Source of the DNA: Nemertoderma westbladi
Lineage: Eukaryota > Animalia > Xenacoelomorpha
DNA length: 64,000 nt
Assembly: GCA_032718475.1 (NCBI GenBank)
Contig: JAUCBJ010006397.1
Location: 21,053-85,052, forward strand
Direction of reading: 5' to 3'
A program made the translations under genes and the position numbers. Positions 52,619 to 64,000 of the stretch are shown here, piece by piece; the stretch's first letter is position 1, and every line of letters begins with the position of its first letter. A model generated the notes under the pieces. That model searched no databases. It was not told where the DNA came from and was given only the letters and a program-made list of their open reading frames with translations.

Positions 52619-55600
52619 CTTACCGCGGCCAAATTATTTGGTCATGACTGTAGGCCTACTTGATTTGTCAAATACTTCACAAATTTTATCAAAAGTGATA
52701 GTTGAAAGAAAATTGCAATTTTTATCAATAATTTTCTATAACTTATTTATTATATGTATTTATTAGTTAGGCCCTATTTGTCAAATCCTAACACAAATTT
52801 ATGAAAAGTGTCAGTCAAAATAAAAGTTGCAATTTTATCAAGAACATTGTTCAACACAACAAAAAATTGTTAATTATTTGTCAAGCATTTACTAAATATT
52901 TAAAAATTAACATGGTCTCTCGGTTTAACAAATATAACAATCAGATCAAGCAGACAACAAGTGTAGGCTACGTAGTACTGTAGAACTACTGTACCATAAA
53001 TTTTTCTTAGGGTATTGTCAGTAAATGGAGTGAATATTTGTATTTCCAAACGAATTGGTATTTTTTACGTAGGTGTATTTGTGCTTATGAAATTTTCTCT
53101 GTATTTATTTTCCTTTCGCATTGAATAACCCGTATATTGTGCAGTTAATTAAATTATTACAAACATCACAACTTCATCCTTATTCTCCCCTTTCTACCTT
53201 TTGTTTGGCGTAACAATACAAATATTTTTGGAGCAATGGAGCATCATGGGATTTCTGTCACCTATATATCCATAATTACTTACAAAAAACTTTTGGCACT
53301 TTTGTCACAAATTTTTCGCTAATCCGCCCGTTTCTTTATTTGTTCTATACTGTATCTGCCTTGCATTCCATTATTTATTTTTCCACCGTTATGCCTACAG
53401 TTTCTTTGTAACTATCGCGACACACCTGGAACCTAAAAAAAATTGAAAATATTTTGTGTCAATGTATGGGGGTCGCACTTAATTGCAACCAAAAATTAGC
53501 CCTTCTGAGTTTATATTAGAAATACATTTGATGATAATTATTGTTTAAATATGTTTTTGGAGGTTCCACAATTGTGTCTTACAACAACAAACTTGCTGCA
53601 AAAATTTCAGCCAATTCCATCAAGCCGTTCCCGAGAAAAAGGTACATTTGTCTCCAAATTACACGAAAAAACTAAATTCGGAGAAAACTAAATTCGGAGA
53701 TTTAAAGTTTTCAAACCTTCCCGCTAATTTATGTAAATCGCGGGAAATTTAAAAAATCAGCCAAAATATAATAAACGTCACCGTCAGCGAAACAAAATTT
53801 ACGATATGGGGGTTTTCGTAGTCGTTAATTTCATTTTTGTAGTATTTACAGTATTTGTTTTAATGTTTAATGACATCTGGACTGTCTGTCTATCTGTCTT
53901 ATATTAGTCTCACAGAAAAATATATAAATACTGTAAGTAGTCCTAAACCACTTTAATATAATTTATGATATCATGGGTATTCCTAGTCGCTGGTTTCATT
54001 TCCGATGTCAATTTTAATTTTTGACTGAACGTCGACTGTCTGTCTGTCAAAATATAAGGAGGCATATCACCTTAACAAAATTTCCGATATGGGGTCTCTA
54101 TGCTGATTTCATCTCTGAAATCAGTTTTAATGTTTGATAAAATCTGGAATGTTTGTCCGTCAGTATGTATGTCTGTCTGCCCGTCAGTCTCACTGTAAAA
54201 TAGAAATAAGCACGCCACATTACTACAATATTATTTATGATATGGGATGTTTTCCAAGTCGCTGATTTCATTTCTCATGTGAATTTTAATGATTGGCAGA
54301 ATCTAGAACGTCTGTATGTCTAGCTGTCTTGACAGACAAAGACATGCAGTATATATAAATATACAGTACAGTATAGACATACTAGACTCACGTCAAACAT
54401 GAAGTCACCGAACAACATAAACCCCCCGAAGTGAAAATTTTAGTTATGCAGTGTGCTTCGTTATCTTTTGACTGACAGACAGACAAACAGAAACACAAAC
54501 TAGATTACGCCAAATTTAAAATTGACACCGGAAATGAAATCCTCGACCACGAAAACCCATGTAGCAATAATTTTAGTTGGGTGGTGTACATCGATGTCCA
54601 TATTTTTTTGACAGACAGGCAAACAGACCAATACTGTAGACATAGAACCAGAATAACAGACAACTTAAGCATATTATATAATTTTAGGATTTTGATTTCT
54701 GAAATCTACATTAAATTCTGATTTAGAATTGATAAAAAAAATTTGAATTTTTTTATTTTTTGAAAAGTTTTTTGCTGTATAAAGCTAGTAAAATATACTA
54801 ACTGTTTCGTTTGTGGCAGTTATACCTTCAATTAATATTTTTTTTGAAAAATAATGTTCTTTTAAATTATTTTCGTTTTAAAAAGAATCCCGATTTATAT
54901 TAATAAATGTTCTAGAACAAAATATATTAGTTTGATAATATTTTTTTTAATTTTAAAATATTCTATGATACTTTCTATAAAAAAAAAGTTATAAAAAAAA
55001 AGTTACAAGTACTAGCTCTGATAAATTTTCGAAGAGCAAGTATGCGTACGGAGCCAGTACTGTATCGGTAAAAATTTGCTAAAATATGGCAATTTTATTT
55101 AATTTACTTGAAATGCTGAAAATGTAAATTAATTATAATAATTACAAGTGCTTTCAGAAACCCTGCGTTTTTACATTTTTTAAATTTTAGGGGAGTACCA
55201 AACCAAATATATGCCATTATTTTTAATTTTCATGAAAATCTAACATTAAAAATAAAACATTTTTCTAAAATAGTAGCAAAAACTATCAAAAATATAATAA
55301 TAAATGAAAAATGTTCTAGAACAAAAAATATTTTGTCCTCGAGCAATCATTTTAATATTTATTAATAGGTAGCATATTCTGGAACATTTTCAAAAGTAAT
55401 AATTAGTAAATAGCCAAATCGTCAACAATAATGCGCTTAGTTCCCCGATCTGGTTAAGGACACCAAAATAAATACACAATGCACTTCTTACACGGCTTAC
55501 TGTATTTATTTATTATTTAGATTATTGTAAAACGAGGTGTAGAGATTCTGTGTACTGGAACCTAGTTAATTTGTATTCTGTTTTTAGTTACATTCTTTTA

Positions 55601-56252
55601 CATTCAAAATAATTTGCGAATTTACATAATTTTTTTTGGGGGGTGGGGGATTTCGGCTTCACTTTCGGCAGGAAGTGGCAAGCGAAAATAGAGATATGTT
55701 TTTTTAGACTGGTTTTTTAGACGAATCAGAATTAGAGTTTGAAGGATTTGACTTTGATGTTTGATGAATACTGTTGATACATATGGAATTTATCAATGTA
55801 TGATTGTCAAATTGTTCACTAACATTTTTATTTTTAAATTTGCTATTTACAAAATTTAGTTTAGAAATATTTCTAAACTAGTTAAAAAATTTGCAAACTG
55901 TGATTTCTATTTATAAATTACACATATTTAGGAAAAAAACGCTGGGGGGACTTTCGGCGCAATCAAAATTTATCCCTTTCAGTTTTGAACCCGCGAACAT
56001 TTTAATTGGTGGATCTAAATCTGCCAAATTCATGGTTAAAGTATTAAAACAGTTAATTTGAGAGAAATTTTTCCCAATACGTTTTTTATCTATTATCAAA
56101 TGTACATCATTTTAGTTTAGTTATAGCAATTATAGTAATTAATGACTATTAATTAATCAGATTAATCACCGATTCTGGTGGTCTAGGCAGTGGATTCATT
56201 AGCACAACTATAATTCTATAACTGATATTTCTTCCTAACATAAATAAAATAT

Positions 56253-57056
56253 TTATTTATTAGTTTGTAAAGCCGCTGGAGTAACGACAGAAGGACTCCC
56301 CGTCACGGATGTCCCTTCAGTAGTCCGAGGAGTGGTGGGTCGATCGAACAGGGAGAATAATTCGCGATCTTCGTACAGAGATCGCGCGAGTTTCGCGTTA
56401 TTGAGAGCGCCCGTCCGGGGCACGGCGAGGAAGGGGCTGGTATCCGCGATACATCGGTCGAACACCTTGAGAACGACTTCCAGAGCGTCACTCTTCGATA
56501 AAGATGGATCTACAGCGGCGACCGAGAGAGTAGCACGCAGTTTAACGCAGTCCCGTTGCGCCCCCGGTAGCAGTGAACCCCGGAGCATCGGGCGACACTC
56601 CGTCGACAGATTCGCCGCTCGGACTTCGCTACACGCTAAATGTTCGAGATTCTTCCAATCGAGTTTAGCCCTACAATGATCGTACATGTGTATTAATTCG
56701 TGAACTAAGAAGTACGGCATGTAAGTCTCCTGCTTCTCAGCCATATTGCACATAACTGCCTGAGTGGTGGTGTGGTCAAACCCACCGGCGAACTTGTGGC
56801 TACATCGCTCGCATACGATGTTATAGTCTAAGTTTACCGGACAACCTCGCGCATTCATCTCTCGTATTACGATTTTCGCGAGGTGGTTATTTTTAAGGTT
56901 TGCGTCGAGTACCCGGGCGCATTTATCCATATTGCCTCGCCCTGGGAGGGAGAACGCCCGTTGGACTAGAGTTCGGGTTTGCCACCGACGTCGCAGTGTG
57001 GTTTCGAGATCGTCTTCCACCCAGGCCGATCTCTCGTGGAAACCTTTCGTGCACAT
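56253..57056 (-). CDS. ATP23: Mitochondrial inner membrane protease ATP23 (peptidase M76), intronless
   Basis: AGGFD, HELIHMYDHCR (HEXXH), HLACSEVRAANLS, CVKLRATLSV, VFDRCIADTSPF; first ATG at 57056. Confidence 0.92.
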   Translation of the reverse strand: MCTKGFHERSAWVEDDLETTLRRRWQTRTLVQRAFSLPGRGNMDKCARVLDANLKNNHLAKIVIREMNARGCPVNLDYNIVCERCSHKFAGGFDHTTTQAVMCNMAEKQETYMPYFLVHELIHMYDHCRAKLDWKNLEHLACSEVRAANLSTECRPMLRGSLLPGAQRDCVKLRATLSVAAVDPSLSKSDALEVVLKVFDRCIADTSPFLAVPRTGALNNAKLARSLYEDRELFSLFDRPTTPRTTEGTSVTGSPSVVTPAALQTNK

Positions 57057-57269
57057 ATCCAACCAGTACTGCCGCAGTACGGGATACGGCTACTAGGCTA
57101 CCCCACGCACACGAATGACACGATTCTGCGATTACCTTGTAGTTATGAATTATTATTTTATTTTATCCGAATCATATACAGTAGGCCTATATCAGTATAT
57201 CATATAGTATCGGGTAGTTTGAATTAGAACTTGAGAACTGTGATCATCAAAGAGCAACAACAAATGTAA

Positions 57270-58250
57270 TGTGTGGGGCGAGCCACGAAGTTGGCGGAGC
57301 CTTAGCGAATTGACACTGTTAGGGGGTGGGTCAATTTATGCAAATAGTTGTCGTCGTCGTCGTCGTCGTTGTCGTCGTCGTCGTCGTCGTCGTTGTCGTC
57401 GTTACGATTTTGACATGCTAATAACTTTGTCGGATTTAAAGCTGCCAAGTTGAAAATTTGTAGGTATCAATATGAGCAAAAGTTGAGATTTTTGAGAGAC
57501 TTTCAGACACCATCAGTGCAATGGTCTCCCGCTAGAGGGCCACATGTCTAAACATTAAATGCCCTCCCATTTCTTTGCTTTTAATCCGTTTAAGCTGAAA
57601 CTTGGCAGATATGTATTAGACCATTAGCTGTGACTTTCAAAGGAGGCGAATCCATCTGCAGTTCTCCAGTCTGCCGCTAGAGGGCCAAAGGTCTGAAAGT
57701 GAAATCGTTGTCGTCGTTACGATTTTGACATGCTAATAACTTTGTCGGATTTAAAGCTGCCAAGTTGAAAATTTGTAGGTATCAATATGAGCTAAAGTTG
57801 AGACGTTTGAGAGACTTTCAGACACCATCAGAGCAATAGTCTCCTGCTAGAGGGCCACATGTCTAAACGTTAAATGTCCTCCCATTTCTTTGCTTTTAAT
57901 CCATTTATGCTGAAATTTGGCAGATATGTACTAGACCATTAGCTGTGACTTTGAAAGAAGGAATTGAATTGAATTGAATTGAAGGCTAATCCGTGTGCAG
58001 TTCTTCAGTCTGCCGCTAGAGGGCGAAATGTTTGAAAGTGAAATCTTTCTCCCATCTCGTTATTTATGATCCGTTCAAGCTGAAACGTAGCAGATATGTA
58101 GTAGAAGTCGGCCTGAGTCTTTGGTGGGCAGTAAACGGTCTGGAGTCCTCCAGTCTGCCGCTAGAGGGCGAAATATATAACTAAGTATAATTAAGTCACG
58201 TGCTGCGCGAAGGCCCCACTTCGTGTTTACTTACAGTAAGGTCTGCAGTT
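57270..58250 (+). mobile_element. DINE-1/HINE (Helentron-associated)-like element with a (GTC)n microsatellite and ~315-bp internal duplication
   Basis: Subterminal inverted motif CACGAAGT / ACTTCGTG; (GTC)n at 57349-57402; duplicated block at ~57398 and ~57713; 3' mini-hairpin CTTACAGTAAG. Confidence 0.5.
57529..58169 (+). promoter_or_regulatory. Five co-oriented CTCF-like motifs C(C/T)GCTAGAGGGC
   Basis: Cores at 57529, 57674, 57844, 58013 and 58158. Three are preceded by TG(C/G)AGT(T/C)CT plus 5 nt, resembling the CTCF upstream motif. Confidence 0.45.
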
Positions 58251-58398
58251 ACGTAGGTACAGTACGCAGATATGGCATACAATTGTGTTTTAATCGATTT
58301 AATCGACCTAAAACAATTTTTTAGCGTGCGACCTAAAACTACATTATTCATTAGGCCCTAATTAATGAGGTTAAAATGTAAAATGATGCAGTTTTCTG

Positions 58399-60347
58399 GT
58401 TTTAGGTCGCACGCTAAAATAATGTAGTTTTAGGTCGCACGCTAAAATAATGTAGTTTTAGGTCGCACGCTAAAATAATGTAGTTTTAGGTCGCACTCTA
58501 AAATAATGTAGTTTTAGGTCGCACGCTAAAACAATGTAGTTTTAGGTCGCACGCTAAAATAATGTAGTCTTAGGTCGCACGCTAAAACAATGTAGTTTTA
58601 GGTCGCACGCTAAAATAATGTAGTTTTAGGTCGCACCTAAAATAATGTAGTTTTAGGTCGCACGCTAAAACAATGTAGTTTTAGGTCGCATGCTAAAATA
58701 ATGTAGTCTTAGGTCGCACGCTAAAACAATGTAGTTTTAGGTCGCACGCTAAAATAATGTAGTCTTAGGTCGCACGCTAAAACAATGTAGTTTTAGGTCG
58801 CACGCTAAAATAATGTAGTTTTAGGTCGCACCTAAAACAATGTAGTTTTAGGTCGCACGCTAAAATAATGTAGTTTTAGGTCGCACCTAAAACAATGTAG
58901 TTTTAGGTCGCACGCTAAAATAATGTAGTTTTAGGTCGCACGCTAAAATAATGTAGTTTTAGGTCGCACGCTAAAACAATGTAGTTTTAGGTCGCACGCT
59001 AAAATAATGTAGTTTTAGGTCGCACCTAAAACAATGTAGTTTTAGGTCGCATGCTAAAATAATGTAGTTTTAGGTCGCACGCTAAAATAATGTAGTTTTA
59101 GGTCGCACATAAAACAATGTAGTTTTAGGTCGCACGCTAAAATAATGTAGTTTTAGGTCGCACTCTAAAATAATGTAGTTTTAGGTCGCACCTAAAACAA
59201 TGTAGTTTTAGGTCGCACGCTAAAATAATGTAGTTTTAGGTCGCACCTAAAATAATGTAGTTTTAGGTCGCACGCTAAAATAATGTAGTTTTAGGTCGCA
59301 CGCTAAAATAATGTAGTTTTAGGTCGCACGCTAAAATAATGTAGTTTTAGGTCGCACGCTAAAATAATGTAGTTTTAGGTCGCACGCTAAAATAATGTAG
59401 TTTTAGGTCGCACGCTAAAATAATGTAGTTTTAGGTCGCACGCTAAAATAATGTAGTTTTAGGTCGCACGCTAAAATAATGTAGTTTTAGGCCGCACGCT
59501 AAAATAATGTAGTTTTAGGTCGCACCTAAAACAATGTAGTTTTAGGTCGCACGCTAAAATAATGTAGTTTTAGGTCGCACCTAAAACAATGTAGTTTTAG
59601 GTCGCACGCTAAAATAATGTAGTTTTAGGCCGCACGCTAAAATAATGTAGTTTTAGGTCGCACGCTAAAATAATGTAGTTTTAGGTCGCACGCTAAAATA
59701 ATGTAGTTTTAGGTCGCACCTAAAACAATGTAGTTTTAGGTCGCACCTAAAACAATGTAGTTTTAGGTCGCACGCTAAAATAATGTAGTTTTAGGCCGCA
59801 CGCTAAAATAATGTAGTTTTAGGTCGCACATAAAACAATGTAGTTTTAGGTCGCACGCTAAAATAATGTAGTTTTAGGTCGCACTCTAAAATAATGTAGT
59901 TTTAGGTCGCACCTAAAACAATGTAGTTTTAGGTCGCACGCTAAAATAATGTAGTTTTAGGCCGCACGCTAAAATAATGTAGTTTTAGGTCGCACCTAAA
60001 ACAATGTAGTTTTAGGTCGCACGCTAAAATAATGTAGTTTTAGGTCGCACTCTAAAATAATGTAGTTTTAGGTCGCACCTAAAACAATGTAGTTTTAGGT
60101 CGCACGCTAAAATAATGTAGTTTTAGGCCGCACGCTAAAATAATGTAGTTTTAGGTCGCACCTAAAACAATGTAGTTTTAGGTCGCACGCTAAAATAATG
60201 TAGTTTTAGGTCGCACGCTAAAATAATGTAGTTTTAGGTCGCACGCTAAAACAATGTAGTTTTAGGTCGCACGCTAAAATAATGTCGTTTTAGGTCGCAC
60301 GCTAAAATAATGTAGTTTTAGGTCGCACCTAAAATGATGTAGTTTTA
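58399..60347. repeat. 28-bp tandem satellite (TAAAATAATGTAGTTTTAGGTCGCACGC)n, ~70 copies
   Basis: Period 28 with 27-bp variants; one inverted copy at 58319-58348. Confidence 0.98.
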
Positions 60348-60618
60348 CAGTTTCGGGTCGCCCGCTAATTTAGGACGACCGCTAGTTGAATTAGCATGCG
60401 TCGCATAGAAGTAGCGAATTAAAACACCAAATGTATCCCATACTGCCATACGCAGATACGGTGACAGTCTTCACCTACACGAGTGGATAGCGGATAGCAA
60501 TACGGACCTTCGTGAGGCAGAACTGCAAACAATGTTACCGTGCAACCGTGGTGTAGCTGCGTAAGTAGGCCTACTCGGCCCTTAAATGCCAAAACCGTCT
60601 ATCTCATTTTTACATAGT

Positions 60619-62231
60619 TTTGTGAAAAACGCAAAATACATTCCAGGCCTGTCATTTGATTACTGGATTACTGGAAATCCTGTGAAATGATGTCATTAGG
60701 TAAGTTATAGTCATAGAATTCTCTGAACAGCATATTTTTAACTGAAACTCTTATCTACATCTCTCTTATCTATCCCATCATAGTAGACATGTACCGAACA
60801 ACAAGAGTCCCACAAGAAATGAAAACAAATAAGTTGGTGCCAGTTCCCAAGAAGGGCAACCTAACACTCTATGGTTCTTTTCGGGGAATCTCATTGATCT
60901 CGATTGCTGCAAAGCTATACAATAGGATTCTATTAAATCGCATCAGGGATCACATTGAGAGACTGCTCCGTGGAAATCAGAATGGGTTCCGTAAAGGTCG
61001 TGGGACCATGGAGCCCATTTTGGCACTTAGAAGGATAATTGAAGAGTTATCAAAAAAGAAAGACCGGCATCTGGCTGTTATCTTTGTTGACTTCTTCAAG
61101 GCCTTTGATTCAGTATCTCGCTCACGTATGTTCAGCATACTTTCATTATATGGGATTCCTGATGAAATTATTGCAGCAATTAGATCAGTATACCATGGTT
61201 CGACAACATTGTGTATACTGTTGATGGTGACACAGGACCATTTGAAGTGTTATGGGGCGTCCTCCAAGGAGACACACTTGCACCATTCTTGTTCATTATT
61301 GTGGTTGACTATGTTCTACGCATGTCCTTAGATCATTATAATGATGATGGGGTGATGATAACTCCACCTACTGGCTCCAGAAGTCGAGGAAATCCTGCCA
61401 AGTACCTAACTGATCTAGACTTTGCTGATGACTTATGAGTACTCTCAGAATCATTAGAGGGAGTCCAACAGCTCCTCAGCTCATTAGAACATGCTGCTTC
61501 TAGTGTTGGTCTTTTTATTAACTCCAGAAAGACCAAAATTCTGACAGTTAACTTTGAAAGTCCTCAGCAAGTCTCTGATCGGATGAGCATAAGCTCAAAG
61601 GATGGTATGCTTGAGCATGTGGACGACTTCTGTTACCTGGGATCATGGATCCGGAAGTTAGGTGAGGACCTTCGAATACGTAAGGGAAAGGCATGGGCAG
61701 CCTTGAATAGGCTTTCCAGGATTTGGAAGTCACCGAGAATTAATCGGAAACTTAAGGTCCGATTATTTAGAGCAGCAGTAGTTCCAGTACTCCTCTATGG
61801 GAGTTCATGCTGGGCTCTAACTGCTGAGGACACCAAATCTCTGGATGGCACATTCACAAGAATGCTACGCCGGGTTCATTGTGTCAAGTACAATGCACAC
61901 ATCTCCAACCAGACACTATATAACATTGGAGGTGTCTCATTGGTTCCCCCAAGCTTGACACTAGAACAAAATCGCCTCCGCTTTGCAGGACATTGCTTTC
62001 GCCGTGAGGACCAGCCAGTGCATAATCTTGTACTTTGGCAGCCTCATGGAGTGAATAAGCATGGTGGACAGCCCATGACTTTCTTGAGACGCATCTTAAA
62101 GGACACTGGCCTTAAAGATGCGGATGATCTAGCAAATGTCATGGGTGATAGGGAGTTGTGGCGGTGCAATTTTGTTGACAAGCCGGCACAGCATTCTTAA
62201 AAATGCAGCATGCCGATCCTAGTAGTAGTAG
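60619..62231 (+). mobile_element. 5'-truncated RTE-clade LINE (RT domain), inactivated
   Basis: RGISLISIAAKLYNRILLNR, QNGFRKGR, FVDFFKAFDSV, GVLQGDTLAPFLF, DFADDL followed by TGA, FCYLGS. Frameshift near 61210; (AGT)n tail; candidate TSD TACATAGT at 60611 and 62232. Confidence 0.9.
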
Positions 62232-63405
62232 TACATAGTGTAATGTGAGATAGAGCGTATTTTCTTTTATGTTTTCATAGACATTTGTATGCCAAAACCG
62301 TCTATCTCAGAGTTAGTCTGTTTTGGCATGTATAAATTTGTTGTTTAACCTGAAGTTCTAGGCATTCTTACATGCCAAAACAGACTATCTCAGATATAAA
62401 CCCTATCTGGCCCGGCTTTTTTAATACGTAATTGGTTAGAAAACAAAAATATGTTGTGTTTGGTTTGATAATTCCGAAGGTATACGGGTTTTCGAGGTCG
62501 TCTGATCACGATGAAACTTGTTAATACAGTAATATTTCTCGTACGTCAACCGTCATTTTTGGGGCCATTCTGATACCCCAGGATGAAAAGTAGAAGTAGC
62601 AAAAAATTCATACGGTTAAATTTTGCCTTTGTTTGGGTAATAATGGTTTTCTAGGTCGCTGATCATGATACAACTACTAGTTGAATATCTTCAGTGGTAA
62701 TGAAACTTTCGTTTTTAGTGCTTCTCTGGTGGGACGAAAAATGCAACTGTAGCATAAAACTTACAAATGCCAAAAATTGAATTTAGTTGGATAATATGAT
62801 ATTTTTGTGTCTCATATTCGTGATCAGCTTCTCAGAAAACCCCTAATGTCATGAAATAAGATTGATTTAGTAATGATTTTTGATTAACAAATTTGTTCTA
62901 CATTTATATTTTTCGTGCCGCACATTGACACATTTCTAAAAATGCCTGAATCAACAAGGTACGATATATTTCAGTGTCATATTCGTGATCAGCACTCCAA
63001 AAAAAATCAAAAATTTCAATAAAGGTCATAAAATTGGCTTGATTGCTTGTTTTTTCGTTGCCCAGGGGGCACATTCAAAATTACAAAAAAATTTCTCGAA
63101 TGTTATATTTGAGTTCTACAATCGTCATCAACATCCAAAAAACGCGATATACCGCAAATCAATTTATTTTAGTTAGCCATAAAAACTTTTGAAAATTTGA
63201 GTACGAAAAATACCATAAGTATCAGAAAGGGAGTACAGGACAAAAATTAACATAGCTATATAAATGGCGTTTGCGATGTTGGATAGCCCATTAAATTTTA
63301 GGAAACTAGTAAAACTAGGTACTAGTAAAAGCATAATTGTAGGTTATAAGGCAAGTTTACAGTCATTATTGTATTGTAGATCATAGAGATAGACTGTTTT
63401 GGCAA

Positions 63406-63518
63406 ATACAAATGAATAAATTATTATATATTGAATTCAACGGAATACAAGTAGACAGAATACAAATGAATAAATTATTATATATTGAATTCAACGGAAT
63501 ACAAGTAGACAGAATACA
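63406..63518. repeat. Direct tandem duplication of ~54 bp
   Basis: aatacaaatgaataaattattatatattgaattcaacggaatacaagtagacag occurs twice. Confidence 0.85.
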
Positions 63519-64000
63519 CAGATAGAATATTATAATACACAGATAGAATACACTAGCGTAGCGAGGGTAGGGTCCCAGGGTCCCGGGACCCTACCGTGGA
63601 GATTCCAACTTACACTAACTCTGAGAGCATTTTGCCATCGTCAAGTTCCGTTAAATTAAAAAAATTATAATGACAAGTGCAATAAACCGAAAATATTCGA
63701 AGTTGAAGTTGCCTTGGGAAGGAGCCCGACCCCAGACCAGATACAATCCACATTATCCCAGGCAGGTTGCCAAAGAAAATAAGTAGTAGAAAGGAGACCA
63801 TATTATACCCCATCAAAGTGTTGTAGCCAGGCCTCCAGCCACACTACCAATAATTCCCTCAGGCAACCCCCCCCCCCCCCCCCCCCGCATGATAAGGCAT
63901 CATAATATCATACTATGTTCTTAGAAAACCAGCTTGTTATTACTTAGGCCTATATTATATAATCTCTCAACCAGTTTAATAGTCTGTAATGTAAAGCAAT

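Noticed and set aside
58399-60347. CRISPR-like array (28-bp repeats)
   Set aside because: Repeats are head-to-tail with no unique spacers, there are no cas genes, and the context is eukaryotic.
61436-61438. TGA after FADDL as programmed read-through or Sec
   Set aside because: The element is also frameshifted and 5'-truncated, so ordinary decay is sufficient.

Overview
AT-rich eukaryotic (metazoan, probably bilaterian invertebrate) genomic window; I see no prokaryotic systems. Protein genes: (1) a spliced + strand CCDC105/TEKTL1 (tektin-like) gene that starts before the window and ends at 17264, with 7 exons reconstructed in phase. Its 11.3-kb intron holds two antisense single-exon genes, a two-SH3-domain protein and MOCS3/UBA4. 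(2) SERCA Ca2+-ATPase with a single coding intron. (3) A fully intronless 1932-aa HFM1/MER3 meiotic helicase. (4) Intronless ATP23. Intergenic and intronic DNA carries decayed non-LTR retrotransposons, several MITE/foldback elements with recognisable TSDs (P-like, hAT, MULE-like, TA-type), a DINE-1/HINE-like element with five CTCF-like motifs, three tandem arrays (30, 5 and 28 bp), tRNA-derived SINE heads and many poly-G tracts. The most unusual signal is a minimal type I hammerhead ribozyme core between the Pol III A and B boxes of a tRNA-like head (8731-8828, minus strand). A dispersed GGTTA-N16-TAACC dyad motif is also notable. All calls were made by eye, without database searches.
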